NCBI RefSeq assembly: GCF_006345805.1
Contig: NW_021835457.1
Coordinates: 1 to 64,000, forward strand
Source: Octopus sinensis
Lineage: Eukaryota
DNA length: 64,000 nt
Direction of reading: 5' to 3'
A program made the position numbers and the translations under genes. This document shows positions 46,793 through 59,595 of the stretch, piece by piece (within the stretch, counting starts at the first letter, position 1; every line of letters starts with the position of its first letter). Under the pieces are notes generated by a model. It did no database searches and was not told the origin of the DNA. It saw nothing but the letters and a program-made list of their open reading frames with translations.

Positions 46793-47945
46793 TTATAAAA
46801 ATAAGTGATAAAACATGTCTTGCCAATCGGAATCTCTTTTAGTATAAGATTGAGGTTGTCCAACAAGAGACATCACCTAAATAAACAAACTCTTAAACAC
46901 CTTTGGAATAGCTTTTTCAATGTTGTCCCCTCTCGTAATGGAAGACGGGTGGGAAGAGAGATATTCAGGAATGGGATCCTCCATCGAATCAAACATCCCT
47001 CTTACATCACGTACATCATGTCCTGCCTAGGAATAATCAACTCATCCAATCTACCCCAACTAAAAGAAGCAATGCCACAAAATCCGCCTCTTTCTCCAGT
47101 TTTCGTGAATATGGAAGATTCAGAATAATCTAAAACAATCAAACCAACCAGACATTGTGCAATTTACTGTAAAACAAAGAAGAAACAAAGGCAATTCCGT
47201 CATGAGGGACGACAAACCAAATCACAGCCAACCCCAAAATGAGAATAACGTCAAACAACTGGGCAGAGTTGAGTTTCTCCATCTGAGGGTCAGCCAATGG
47301 CAACAACCGGATGAGAGAGTACAATATGTGCCAATTCGTGGGCTAAAATGAAGGCGATTTGCCTCGAATTATAAACTGACAGAGTTCCGCTGTGGATGAA
47401 TATTCGATCGGACTAGAATTAGGTACAAGGACCTGCTACAGAGATCACAAATGAGTTTATCGAGGAGTCCTCGACTACAGTCACTCGGGGGACCTCACAG
47501 GATATTAGTGAACTGTTCTTTGTGACTATATTTTGCAATATTTGTTGGATTTGGTTTATTTTTCTACCCTTTTCTGTGATTCTGTCTTTGTATTTGTCCA
47601 AAAACTGTGTATATGGAGTAAAATAGTACAATTTGAGTGACATGTTGGGAAATAGCATTACTTTGCTGTCGAGTGACCCCCATAAAACGGATTCTTTGAG
47701 TTATTGGAGTGCTTTCCACGTGGAAGTAGCAGTATGTCCCTGAGAATTGGGTTTGTAACGACAAAACCCAGTAGAGTACATGTGGAACATAAAATAGGCA
47801 GTTTATGCCGACGAATTAAAGGGAAAATCACGTTTCGTTTAGAAAGAACCTTCCTCCTGCCTATTCTTGAGGAAAAGTAGATCGTAATAATTACCTCCCG
47901 AGGTAAACAGCTCCAAGTTTTAGTATTCGACTTACGACGGGCCAT
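46793..47945 (-). CDS. OMA1: Mitochondrial metalloendopeptidase OMA1 (M48)
   Basis: Spliced: ...YFHVESTPITQR...IAFILAHELAHIVLSHP|MEK (HExxH)...VIWFVVPHD...|LPYSRKLEKEADFVAL...EYLSSHPS...IPK|...HLFL*. Confidence 0.9.
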
Positions 47946-48589
47946 AAAAAGGGGTTGAAGTTAAGAGGTCGTGTTGTGTGTATTTTCCGACTAGTTTTAT
48001 AGCACATTGTAACTAACAAATCTTATTTATGACTATTTAATTAAATTTAAATAAATTGGAATCAAATTTGATAGATATTTGTAGATTAATTAGTTGATGT
48101 CCCCTTCTTTTTGCCAGTCTTTTACTCTCTAAACATGATCTTTGTAAAACCTCGAACTGCTCAAACTGTGGCTCACTTAAACAAGACGTCCACCACCATC
48201 ATTTTTTGATATCAACGACCTATAATAACCACACGTTTCGTAATAGCAGTTGGCTTTTACATGATAGTGAAATCGGAATTTAATAACTCAAAGGTTTTTA
48301 ATAATTGGAAGTTTCATTTAAGAATTTGACATAAACATGGAACGATCACATTCATTTTGCCTGGAATTGGCTTTTTATAAAATTTCAAATCTAAAACTTC
48401 GAATGCGCACAACTGACTGCGAATCGTTGTACTGTCAGTAAAAACTGGTTCGATTATTTTGGGGTTATAAGATATCTTTGTATTTTTAAATTCTTTTGCC
48501 TTTGACTTACTCTCAAAATTTGTTGTGTCAAACTCCGAAGTAATTAATCTCTATTAAAAAATTTTTATTCATCGAGGTCTCGAGGTCCG

Positions 48590-49200
48590 GATGATCAAGA
48601 AGCCTGAGAAGCCGACGAATCTAACTATTAGCTACAGTCCCAGAAGCTTAATCCCAACCATCTCAAGATTAATGGAAAAAGTCATGGCAAAACGCCTCGA
48701 TTTCCTGGCTGAAGAGCAGAACGTACTGCTCACACAGTAGTAGGGTTTACGCTCGGGACGGTGCTGCAGTGGCTGTTTCCTTACAGTGCAATCCTCAACC
48801 TTGATAGCAATGGAATTCAAAGAAATTTTATCTCTTCTATGCTTAGACATCTCGAATGAGCAGTTTCCTTTTGCCTCTGACTTCCGGAAAACTTTGCTCC
48901 TATATGCGAAAACGTCCTCGTCCTAGACACCTCAAAGGACGCAAAGACTTCAGAAAGAAGGCTTGCCAACTACATTGAGATGATAAAGGAGTGGTGCGCC
49001 AGTAAGCGGCTCTCGCTAGCAATGGACAAATCCGCTTACCTGCGAATCAACAAAAAAAGTCACCAGATCAGAGTCCCGGGCCCCTAACTGAAATTGACTG
49101 CCCCAACTGCATACACACAATTGACGCTAACCCGGGTTACTGTCTTAATATCAAGAAAAAAAGAGCGAAAGCCATCCTACCCAGTTTGCTGTACAGGATG
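48590..49200 (+). mobile_element. Degenerate LINE RT fragment
   Basis: SLIPTISRLMEKVMAKRL..LAEEQNVL..Q.GF...LDIS resembles RT domains 1-3, with many frameshifts. Confidence 0.6.
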
Positions 49201-51285
49201 GAAGCGTATCTACTCGAGAGATTTCGAGTAAACAGGAAATGCGAAAAAATCCGGCTAGCTTACAGGCTTAACCCACAAGGTCCGGGCGGAGACCAGAGAT
49301 ACGACAGGTCATTGTGAAATCTATTCGGTCTTTCCGGAGACGATCTCAAGTGACCGATCTAATCGGGACCGGTAAACGCTTAGCTTGTCTTTAGACAGAA
49401 AATAGACGTTTCCTCAGAAGAGTTCGACTGCCTAGAGCAGCCGTCTTGTTGTATCGGACGTCAAAAATTTATGTCACTGTCTCTGTTTTTGCAATAAAAT
49501 GGATTACTTATTATCGTTCAATTATGTGTTAGTAAATTGATCCAAAATCCCAATACATTTTTGAAATTCAGTTTCTGACCAGAATCTGAGGTTCCCTTCA
49601 TAATAAGGACAATTAGCAGGGCATTTTGGTTCTTAAATATTACATATTTTATTACTTGTAACTCGAAATTGAGTATCAACCATCTAATACTTTTTGTTGA
49701 CAGTGAATTTGTCAAATGTTATTGCCGAAAGAATTTTAAATCCCTCCACGTTTGAAATAAAAATATTTACATCATTAATTTGTTAAAGACTGTTCATCTC
49801 AAAATTCTCGATATTCGATTTGTATATAAATAACCCATTCCTTCAAAATAAATTACGTCCATTGATAATTTTGAGGTTCGAAAACCTTAAATTTATTTGC
49901 GGTTACTTGGTATACAAGTACTTAGTGTGTGACCTTCAAAGTAGACCTATCGATTAATAAACCTGCTGATTCCAGATTTTCATCTGATTTGATATCCCAA
50001 ACATTTATTTCTCGCGGGCCATAAATCAATGTGCATCCCTCATACAAGTATTTGTAGTACTGCAGACGATCGTTGACAATTTTATCTATACCATTGTTCA
50101 GCGAATAGCATCCTTTGCATAAATATCAAATCAAAACACCTCTCGAACTAATCCGAAACAAGAGTACAAATAGGGCAATCATAACTGAACCCCGCACATT
50201 TTTGTTTCTATTTATACTAATCCGAATTATTAATTATATGTCCTTATTGTGATACCCTCCGCAATAGAAATTTGTGTAATCGAATCGTCAACAATAGACG
50301 ATTAGCATTTGCCTTGTTATCACAAATGGAATAAGCTTCAATAAAATAGCGTGACTTCAGGAAATCTAACCACCCATTGGACGGTTTAAATTATCAAAGT
50401 CAATGGATTTTAAGTTGCTTTCGCCTGAATAATAAAGAGGTTTAATTTATATTGAAAAATACTGTAAATAATTGGTATTGGAGAAACTGTCGGTATAGGG
50501 AGAGATTCGGAATACTTAGACGCTGGTTTAGCCATGTTTCGTTGTAATAAATAATTATAGATGCCTAACATCTATTTAAGTAAAACTTCTTACACTTATT
50601 TCTCAATCAGTTGTAGTTTTCAGGAACATCTGGGCGTATTGGGGGGTTCAATATCAATAGTCCATCTTTTCATTTTAAAAATAAGGTTTCATATTTGTGA
50701 AAATGATACTTAAGAGCTGGAATTGTCACAAAAGAAATGTCGAGAATGGACGAAATAATGAGTTTTAATCAAAATTTCTTTGTTAATGTGAATTTTAAAG
50801 TAAACAAGAAAATGGTTATTGCCGGATAACCAGAAAAAAATATTCAACTAAATACCGGTATTCAGATGGTCGCCGGTAACCCTCATCACAAATCAGCCGA
50901 TTACGCACGTGACGTTATAGACTATACCATTTTCAAGTCAATTTTTCTATTATGAACTTCAAATTTACAATTTCCTCTATAGAAACTTTCCCCTTTAAAA
51001 GAAAAAATGGTTATCCCATCTGATCTTGTGCTGTTCTTAGCAAAGATCCTGCATGTTCAATTAAAAGTAGAATTCAGCAGTTCGCAAGGAACAACAAATG
51101 AACTATTTTAGTTCATTATTTTGTGAGGAGATTTGTGCAATTCTGTCACGACATGCGAGGCAGTCAAACTTGTCAGTTAGTACAGCTGCATCGGTGTTTA
51201 ACTGGACTTTAATAATTAAATCTTAATTATAATTTGATTAAAAACTATTTTTAATTACATCTTACCTAATTAAAATAATTCTCGC

Positions 51286-51298
51286 TTCTAGATCATTC
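51286..51298 (+). promoter_or_regulatory. Possible heat-shock element upstream of DNAJA
   Basis: TTCtaGATcaTTC has one mismatch to TTCnnGAAnnTTC and lies 30 bp before the ATG. The motif is short and may be chance. Confidence 0.25.
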
Positions 51299-51328
51299 CA
51301 TAGTTTCGTGCTCGTCGTGTGCTTGCTG

Positions 51329-52576
51329 ATGGTCAAAGAAACTAAATTCTACGATATCCTCGGCGTCCAACCAGGCTGTAGTGAATCAGAACTTAAGAAA
51401 TCCTACCGAAAACTGGCTCTCAAATATCACCCGGACAAAAACCCAGAAGGTGGTGAAAAAGTATAAAACCATTATTTATCCACTCAAAATAGTTCAAAGA
51501 AATTTCCAACGCCTACGAAACGCTAATCAACCCCGAAAAACGTGAAATATACGACAAATACGGGGAAGAAGGAATCAAATCCGGAGGCGGAGGAGGCCAC
51601 GGGTTTGCCAATCCTATGGATATTTTTAACTCGTTTTTTACCGGCCAGAAAACAGATCCCCGAACGTACTCAAACTATTATCTTACATTTCTAGAGAGCA
51701 GAACATTGTCCATATCCTTACGGTAACTCTGGAAGAACTTTACGCCGGAAAAACACGGAATTTACAGCTTCCACGGAAAGTTTTGTGTGAAGAATGCGGA
51801 GGTTAATATTTTTGAGTAAACTTTAAGGCTGTGGTGGGAAAAACGTAGAAACGTGTGGATATTGCAAGGGACATGGGGTGATGAATCAGACAGTGCAAAT
51901 ACAGCCGGGATTTTACCAGAAAATTCAACGTCGGTGCACGGAATGTGACGGAGAGGGCGAGTTTATAAGCAATCGGTGCAGGAAATGTAACGGAAAGAAG
52001 ATTGTGGTGCTTAAAGAGTTGGTTCGAGTCAGAATTGAGCCGGGAATGAAGTCAAACAAGCGACTGGTGTTTTCTGGGAAAGGAAATCACGTGAATCGGA
52101 CTGTGGAGGCCGGTGATTTGATAATTGAGTTGGAACTGAAAGAACACTCCACGTTTATAAGAAAAGACATGGATTTGATTATTAAAATGGAGATTACACT
52201 CGCTGAGAGTTTATGCGGGTTTAAGAGGATAATTCAGACTTTGGATCAGAGGAAGTTGTTAATAAGCAACCCTCCTGGAACTGTTATTGGTAATGAAGCG
52301 TACCGTTCTGTGGCTAATGAGGGGATGCCAATGCGAGGATCGGATGGAAGGGTGAAGGGACAGCTCATTATTATATTTATCGTCACTTTTCCTCAGAATG
52401 AGTATACTGGAGAGAATTTGAAAGTGATTGGGGACATTTTGCCTCCTCGGCCGGACTATGGTTACTGTGATGATGGGCAAGTTCTCAAGTCGGAGTTGTA
52501 TGATCCCAAGTCGAGTAGTCGTAGAAGACGTCAGCAGGCTAGTCAGGGAGAAACTGTAGAGTGTGCTAGTCAATAG
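51329..52576 (+). CDS. DNAJA1: Type I Hsp40 co-chaperone (DNAJA), 3 introns (32, 29, 26 nt)
   Basis: [13 protein letters not shown]...[14 protein letters not shown]|FKEISNAYE..., a G/F region, CxxCxGxG repeats, the C-terminal domain and the CaaX motif CASQ*. The DNAJA1/2/4 paralog cannot be determined. Confidence 0.95.
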
Positions 52577-52769
52577 TTTGATAATTTTTGGTTAATAATT
52601 TCATCTATCTTACTTTATTGGAGATTATTTGCTTGCTTTATTTATATGGCGAGATCAAATAGTGCGATGCGCTTGTGGAGCTTTTTGTTTTTTTAGCCCT
52701 TCGGGGTGGGTTAATAAAGTTTGGAGATTTAAAAGTGCATTTATATTTACAAATCCGATATAGGTGAAG

Positions 52770-53190
52770 TTAAGAAATGATGGAATTGTATGTCTGGATA
52801 TATGCCTTCATTTTATTTGCCACTCCGAGCGCATCCAGGTGGTTTTTGAAGAATTTTGATACAATTCCGTCGCAGGGCATAACAATAGGAAAGATTTCAC
52901 TTTTGGTCGGTGATTGCCTCCAGTTCTCTACCAGCAAATCGTATTTGTAGAACTTTTCGGTTTCGAGCTGCTTGAGACAATTTTTTGAAGTGATACCCAC
53001 CTGGATAAGTGTAATTGTATTGTTCGATTTGTCGTGAACCAAAATGTTAGGTTTGCTATTCGGGATAGCATCCATCGGAAGGTTTGTGTCAACTTGGATT
53101 TTCACAAATTCGTTTGTAATAACATATTGGACTCAATGAGTTTTTAATTTTTTCGACTTTATATCCATATTAGTGACAGATGCAGATGCA
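52770..53190 (-). mobile_element. RLE-type non-LTR retrotransposon 3' fragment
   Basis: KIQVDT...NSKPNILVHDK..NTITLIQVGITS...LKQLETEKFYKYDLL...IFPIVM..DGIV, the same family as 7915-8130. Confidence 0.75.
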
Positions 53191-53464
53191 AGCATTTGAC
53201 CACTTCGTTATGGCGTCTGAGATAGAAGACGTTAAGCATTGAGCCACACCTGGTGGTAAGGTGATTAACGGTCTTTTCTAAATGAAATTAATTGAAGTTA
53301 ACCTTAATTCAAGGTCAATGTAACAGACTGCCCATAGGTATCGCGTGGCCCATGTGACAGAATATTAAGAATACCAAATCCAAATTAATAAATCAATTGA
53401 GGTGGAAAAAATATCTTATGAGAATTTTTGTTCCAGCTTCCTTCTCTTTGCTATCGATCCGCCT

Positions 53465-53630
53465 CCTTCGCCCAAAAAAATTAAAAAAATATTTTCTAGA
53501 TTTTGCTTAAAATGAACAACAAGCATGTCTCCGACTACATGGTGAGGTCCTTTAAACCTTCTTACCAAAAAATTAAAAAAAAATTTTCTAAAATATTTTC
53601 ATGTCGCTTTTTTGGCTGCTGCTTCTCTGC
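53465..53630 (+). mobile_element. Old Helitron remnant (1-2 degenerate minisatellite units)
   Basis: aaaatgaacaacaag...ccgactacatggtgaggtcctttaaacctt followed by tgtcgcttttttggctgctgc, as in Helitron 1 (~9320-9350, reverse strand). Confidence 0.7.
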
Positions 53631-56039
53631 GTATTGTTATCTATTTAATGCCTATTGTTATCTGTTAATGTTATACTAGATCAAAATGTGACAAAAAAAG
53701 AATGTAAAACACGAATGATTTTTAAAATATCAATAATTGTTAGATTGTTAGATTAATGGGGCTAAAATAATCATTTCCACGGAGAAAATTAACAGGCATA
53801 TCATTTTTAAAACGAAATTCACTGTAATATCTATTGTTGTAATTCCGATATACTAAATATAGTCAAATAAAAATGTTTATACTCATAAGGGTTATTATGA
53901 GTCCAGCAAGAAATGACATCAGGAATGACAAAATGATTGTAGTTCGAGGAATGGGTGACTAATAATTACAAGAGTAAAATTTACAGAAATATGTTTGGTT
54001 TCAATTTCATGAATTAAATGATAAAATTCTTTATTTCCTTCTGGTAAAGTGAATTTCACAACAATCTTTATATTCCCAGTTTTATTTGTTAATATTTGCC
54101 CGATTTCTAAATTGCAAAATCAAATAAATACTATTGTCGTTTTATTACATGAATCCTCGATGCACAAATTGCAAGAACTGAAGTTATTTGATCTTGTATC
54201 AATAGAAAATTGGAGAACATTTTTGCGCATAATAAAACTAACTTTTTTGAGAATATACGAAAAATCTAAATATATAAAAGAATTCAAGCGACTACTAAAT
54301 GAAATGTTTTCGTTTAAAATTTTTATTGTATATTTCGATGAAAACGTCTTTATCTGGGACGATGCAACATTGTAAATTCTATTTGGTCTTACACGCGTAA
54401 ATCCAATTTTATCATTGAACTTTATTATATAAAATTACTAAAATCACCAGGATTATATGTTCTCTTGAGTTAATTTCTGGGTCATGTTTTCTATTAAAAC
54501 CAAAAGAATATAGACGAAAATTTTTGTTCAACGTGTAATTCACATATGGAACTTCTAAATAATGTTAAATATTTTTTATTAGTAACCTTGATACCACAGT
54601 TTAATTTTTAAAGTGTTAGAGCAATTAATTACAAGGTTATTTGTTTGATTTTGGATAATTTGAGTGAAATCTCACAAATTAAAAAATATATACTTTTCGA
54701 TTTACACTCATTTTGAATTGTATTTGGAATATAGAGAGGTTTGATAAAAATATTGCTTCCTTTCGAGAATTGTTAAAACTATATATCTGAGAAGCAAGAG
54801 TTCCAAAAAAGCACAACAATGGCAGAAACATTAAACTACGTTATTAAATGACTATTATATATATCATTTAACGTCGTGATAATCCAAATCTGGATAAAAA
54901 GTTTATCACAAGGTTAAGATATTATATCATAAATTAATTATGTAAATTCTATCTTTAATTATTTAAGAATCCAGATCGTCAGTGGTTTCTCTTCTACGCT
55001 TGGAAGAAGAGTTTGCAGCAAAATTCTCATCATTTTTCATTTCTGCGTCAAAGTAATTGTTTAGCTGAGTGTCCTCACGACATGCCAGCTCCGCAAGTTG
55101 ATTGGCGGCAGAGGCGTACTCCTTGTTGTCTACCTTCATCCCATGTCTGTGCTAAAAGTTTATCACATACTTATTTTTTAAAATAAAAATCATAATTTAA
55201 GATTACAATTCATTTTTTGTATCCTTAAAATTTTTTATTATAACAAATGAATTTTAATGATTTGATGGGCAAAAAATAATTTTTATCGAAATATTTTTTT
55301 GCTAAGAATTAAAACCGCACTTAAATCGCAATCATTTGATTCAAGTGAAATGTTTTTATTTCTTAAAAGAAAAAAACAGAGAGAAAAGAGAGTTAACAAG
55401 AGGACTTCCCCGCCTCGTAGATGGAGAAACAGTTTCCACGTACAATGGCAAGGGAAATCCTCTGAAGGAGCGATCCACACTCACGCGTGTAATTTCGATC
55501 ATTTGATTTGATTCTAATTTCGAATCTATGAATATATTGATATATTTTAGCTCAATTTATCTATAGAATATTTTTCGGCAGCCACAATAAGATCCAATAT
55601 CTAATATTCTGTTTTTTGTCTACTCTGAGGCGGCTCTTTGAGACCTGAGATTAGTCCTTCAAATAGAAACAACTGTGATCGCCCTTGCAGATTATATCCA
55701 ACAATAAAAAAGAGTTCGAGATCCTAATTTAGAAGATACCAGACAAGCTGTTAGACTGGTCACTAAATGTAAACATAGAGGGAATAGAGATCACAGAGCT
55801 GATTATAAAAAAAAGACCATACCAAAAAACCAAGGCGGAAAACTAAGAAACTGGGCTCCCGCCTTGTTGAAGCAAATGATATTATGTGACATGAACCAAA
55901 TGATACGTATGGGATGCGCATTACACTGACCTTCAATTAATGTTAATCTGTCAATTTATCGATAAACTTCAAACAATCTTATTATTGAATTATCAACTAC
56001 AAAAATAATTAATTTAATTAATTGATCCTCTTGGTCCAC

Positions 56040-57031
56040 TGTTATTTGCAATCTGCGTCAACTCCATCGCCCATTCTGTCCTTTCCCCTATAAACATCTG
56101 GTGTTTTGATGACGCTACAATATGTGGACCACCATGAACAAAATCTCCTTTCCGATATTGAAAATATTCTGAAGTCCGGAGCAGAGTCGCTATGCAACGT
56201 ACGTTTCGACCCTCTGGGTTGGATCCAATCCACCCTGCCTGTAAGCCGCGGTGGGATTGGACTCCGTTCTTCCGTGTCTATTGCTCTTCCTGCTTTCCTT
56301 TCGTCAACGGCATCATCCCGTGTCCTCACTGACATTGTTCTCAGAAACCTACCCGAACGAAAAATTGTCAGTTGATCACGTGGTCGCTTTGGACCTGTGG
56401 GATTCATTGAACAACAAGAGACCCAGTGACCCGTGTATCCAAGCTCAATGGGACGCTATCTCATGGCGAAATACATAAATGTCGTTGTGGTGCTGTTATT
56501 GACCGTTTCAGTCTACATCCCCTTTCCTGTCGTCGCAGTGCAGGGCGCGCACCACGCCATGCAGCACTTAACGACGTTATTCAGAGGGGGCTCACGTCCG
56601 CTGGAATTCCATCAATCCTTGAACCCGTTGGGCTTGCGAGGGGAGACGGAAAAAGACCCGACGGTCTATCGACTTTCCCGTTTGAGTTCGGCAAGTCTCT
56701 GTTATGGGATGCGACTTGTTCAGACACTTTCTCGGAGCTTAACCTTCCTTCTTCAGCTGTCGAGGCTGGCTCAGTCTCTCGCAAAACCGAGAAGATGAAG
56801 ATCGGAAAGTACAAGAAGCTCTCTGAACGATATCTGTTCACTCCTATCGCCGTCGAGACTTCCGGCGTCATCGGCGAAAAGTGTCTTTCCTTTTTGAAAA
56901 AGCTTGGCCGCATGATTTCCCTTAAACGGGGAGACCCACGCGAGTCCAAGTGGCTTCTCGAAAGGATTTCCTTGGCTATAGTACGTGGAAAGTGTGTTTC
57001 CATTTACGAGGCCGGGAATTTAGTTAGTTAA
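56040..57031 (+). mobile_element. CRE-clade-like non-LTR retrotransposon, 5'-truncated (RT end, zinc knuckle, RLE)
   Basis: WIQSTLPVSRGGIGLR, CRCGAVID...HPLSCRR...RHAALNDV...KRPDG...WDATC...KYKKL...FTPIAVETSG...ERISLAIVRG. Confidence 0.85.
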
Positions 57032-57285
57032 TAACTATTTTATTCTCTCTTCTTTCTGGTTTTAAAAAAAATGATAATTTGTCTTGGTTAATGTCTGTAG
57101 AAAACATAATATTTAAAATATGCATTCACCAGAAACATACTCAACAAAAGTGGAAGAGAAGTGGCCGACAAATTAGAAGAAATTTTTGTAGATCACGGGC
57201 CTTGCAAATAATTTCAATCCGACAACGGCACCGAGTTCAAGAATACCATATCAAAAACTCTGTCAAGAGTACAAAATCATTCAAA

Positions 57286-58359
57286 AATGACAGAATTGAC
57301 GAATTTTGGGGAATGGCATCGTTATTTCATACTTTATTATAAATTTAGAGATATTCAGAATGATAGAATTCAGATCGGAGGTATTGTAAAAAAGCGCTAC
57401 CTGCCGCTAGTCATCTCTTAGTCATGGTTTCAGTCTGGGCTCGGTTTTATTCTCGGAAAAATGAGGGTTGGGGTCGCACTTTGTTCATGTCGAGGACGTC
57501 GCACGCGCGTTACTTACCGAATGGAGTCCCGCAAGGATCGGCCCTCTCTCCGGGCTTGTTTAACCTCCACCTGAGCAGTTTACCCAAGCTGGAAGACACT
57601 TTGATCCTTTCTTATGCTGATGATTTGATCTTGGCGGCTCGGGACATTGGCTTGTAACCACCCCTCACCCTGTCCCTCAAAGTCCAGTGTTACGTTGTTC
57701 AGTGACCGTCGCAGCTAGACTAGCATGCAGAGTTGAAAATCTTTGGTGAACGCCTCCCCATCTCAAAACTCCGAAAATCCTGGGAATGATCTACGACCAA
57801 TGTCTTACCTTGTCTTCTCATGTTGACCACATAATCAAAAAAATAAACAAAAAGAGGAATGCCCTCCGTTTAGTGGCCGGATCTTCCTTTGGTCAAGACA
57901 AAGAAACGCTAAGAATAATATATAAACAATATATCAGGATCCTAACTACGCTAGCCCCGATTGAGACGCTTCCCTTTCATCCAGCAACATTCAAAAACTC
58001 CAAAGGACCCAAAATGGTGCTCTCCGAACAATTACCGGATGCATGTTATTCACTTCTTCCGACCATCTCCACTGGGAAACCACCATTCTCCCTGTGGAAG
58101 ATCACTTTTGCATGCGGAACCTGCAATTCCTCTTTTCTATAATATATTTGTGTATTAAATATATTTTTTAGAAATATCAGAATCAGCGAAAGCATGTCCA
58201 AAGAAGAGTAGACCAGGTAATGACAGAATTTACGAATTTTGGGGAAATGGCATTGTTATTTCATACTTTATTATAAATTTAGAGATATTCAGAATAATAG
58301 AATTCAGATCCGCAGTATTGTAAAAAAGCGCTACCTGCCGCTAGTCATCTCTTAGTCAT
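57286..58359. repeat. ~140-bp direct repeats (57286-57425, 58219-58359) flanking a LINE fragment
   Basis: Near-identical aatgacagaatt..cgaattttggg...gcgctacctgccgctagtcatctcttagtcat. An integrase remnant (FQSDNGTEFKN) lies just upstream, at ~57205-57245. Confidence 0.85.
57480..58140 (+). mobile_element. LINE RT fragment (same group as 32600-33190)
   Basis: GVPQGSALSPGLFNL...SYADDL...PKILGMIYD..L...VAGSSFGQDKETL..IYKQYIR...LQRTQN. Confidence 0.85.
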
Positions 58360-58424
58360 CTCAAATAATCAAAAATTATCAATATTCATCACAAGTTATT
58401 AATATTTTTAGATGCGACATTAAG

Positions 58425-58607
58425 TTAATAAACGTGTTTGTCCAAGTTCACCAGGCGAGAAGCTGATGCGATCGAGAAAGAGTTTGACCATACTATTGCA
58501 AGGGATATCCGCTCAAAAAACCATCTCGACTTGCGGGTGTCGCCTGTGAATCTAGACATCCGAGACCCGATCTCTTGAACAAAGTTGATTGCCTTTATAT
58601 ATCTCAA
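58425..58607 (-). mobile_element. CRE-like 3' terminal fragment
   Basis: GDTRKSRWFFERISLAIV matches GDPRESKWLLERISLAIV at ~56940. Confidence 0.75.
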
Positions 58608-58899
58608 ATATTAGGTTATCTTTTTTTTTTATCAAGAAAGAAACATTTTGTGAGAATTTTAATGAAAGAGTGTTCTCATTGTAAATCCTCGATTAAAATT
58701 TTGCTATTTTACGCTTAAAATTTAGAATGTTATATTCTGTTTAAAACAGATGACATTAATGAGATTGTTAGGTGTATTCATATTTCTAGAGATTGGAATC
58801 ATTAAAACACCTCACTCTGGGAAATGTAATTAAAATAATTTCAAAGACGTGGGATGTAACGCAACTTCATATTCAAAATTATAAGAAAATTCTGAAACA

Positions 58900-59440
58900 T
58901 TAATGTGAAGTAAATGAATGCAAGGAAATTGAAATTAACTTAGCAAAAAAAGTAAGCCAAGTTTTCGAAGAATGCGCTATTGAAGGAAAAAGAAATTCTT
59001 ATCATGGGCAAAAATAACCAGAAATTACAGCTCCACTCAAAACTATCAGTTAAACAGAAAAAATAATATCACTGATATTATAGGCCACAATTAATAATGG
59101 TTTCGTTGATTGTCTGTGCTATGAGAACGATCTTCGTTGTCTGACTTTCCCAGACACGTACTCTACTTTCCCAAAAATTGGTTGGGTAAGAAAATAGATT
59201 GAAATACTTCCCGCATGGCACACTGGTCATCTTTGGGAAATTTTATCTCTGTGAATGACGCATTAGGCGAGTTTAAGTCTTTTCAAAATCTTCTGGCACA
59301 TTATCCAAACTCTGTTTTGGCATTAATCTTTTCAAATACATGGTTATTGGTAAGGCCACTACCATTATTGGCAATTTATGTTCAGGAAAATTATAATTTA
59401 AGGACTAAGGCCAGCTTTGATGTCATGAGTTTTTAGCAGA
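58900..59440 (+). CDS. Possible small multi-exon gene, unrecognised
   Basis: Plausible tiny GT-AG introns join NALLKEKEILIMGKNNQKLQLHSKLS|ATINNGFVDCLCYENDLRCLTFPDTYSTFPKIGW. No family was recognised and the ends are uncertain. Confidence 0.3.
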
Positions 59441-59595
59441 TATCAAATTGATTTGATTGTGTAACTAAATAACACTTTAATTTAAATAATGATAAAGACA
59501 AATTATTTTATAAACACATCAAAACATGCTCATTCGAATATGAATTTCCCAAAAAACAAAACAAAAATTACTTATCAATTAATTTATAAGTCGTC

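Noticed and set aside
34381-52576. Bacterial origin or contamination of TatD, DnaJ and IS630-like sequences
   Set aside because: TatD and DnaJ have spliceosomal introns and eukaryote-type sequence (TATDN1 N-terminus, DNAJA CaaX). The IS630-like pieces are ordinary eukaryotic Tc1-superfamily elements.
54049-54375. 108-aa AT-rich ORF (and frames at ~33400-33700) as LRR surface proteins
   Set aside because: There are only one or two weak LxxLxL matches in Leu/Ile-rich AT-biased sequence, and no clear repeat series.
57286-58359. LTR retrotransposon or TRIM
   Set aside because: The repeats lack TG...CA ends and a PBS or PPT, and the interior is a LINE-type RT fragment.
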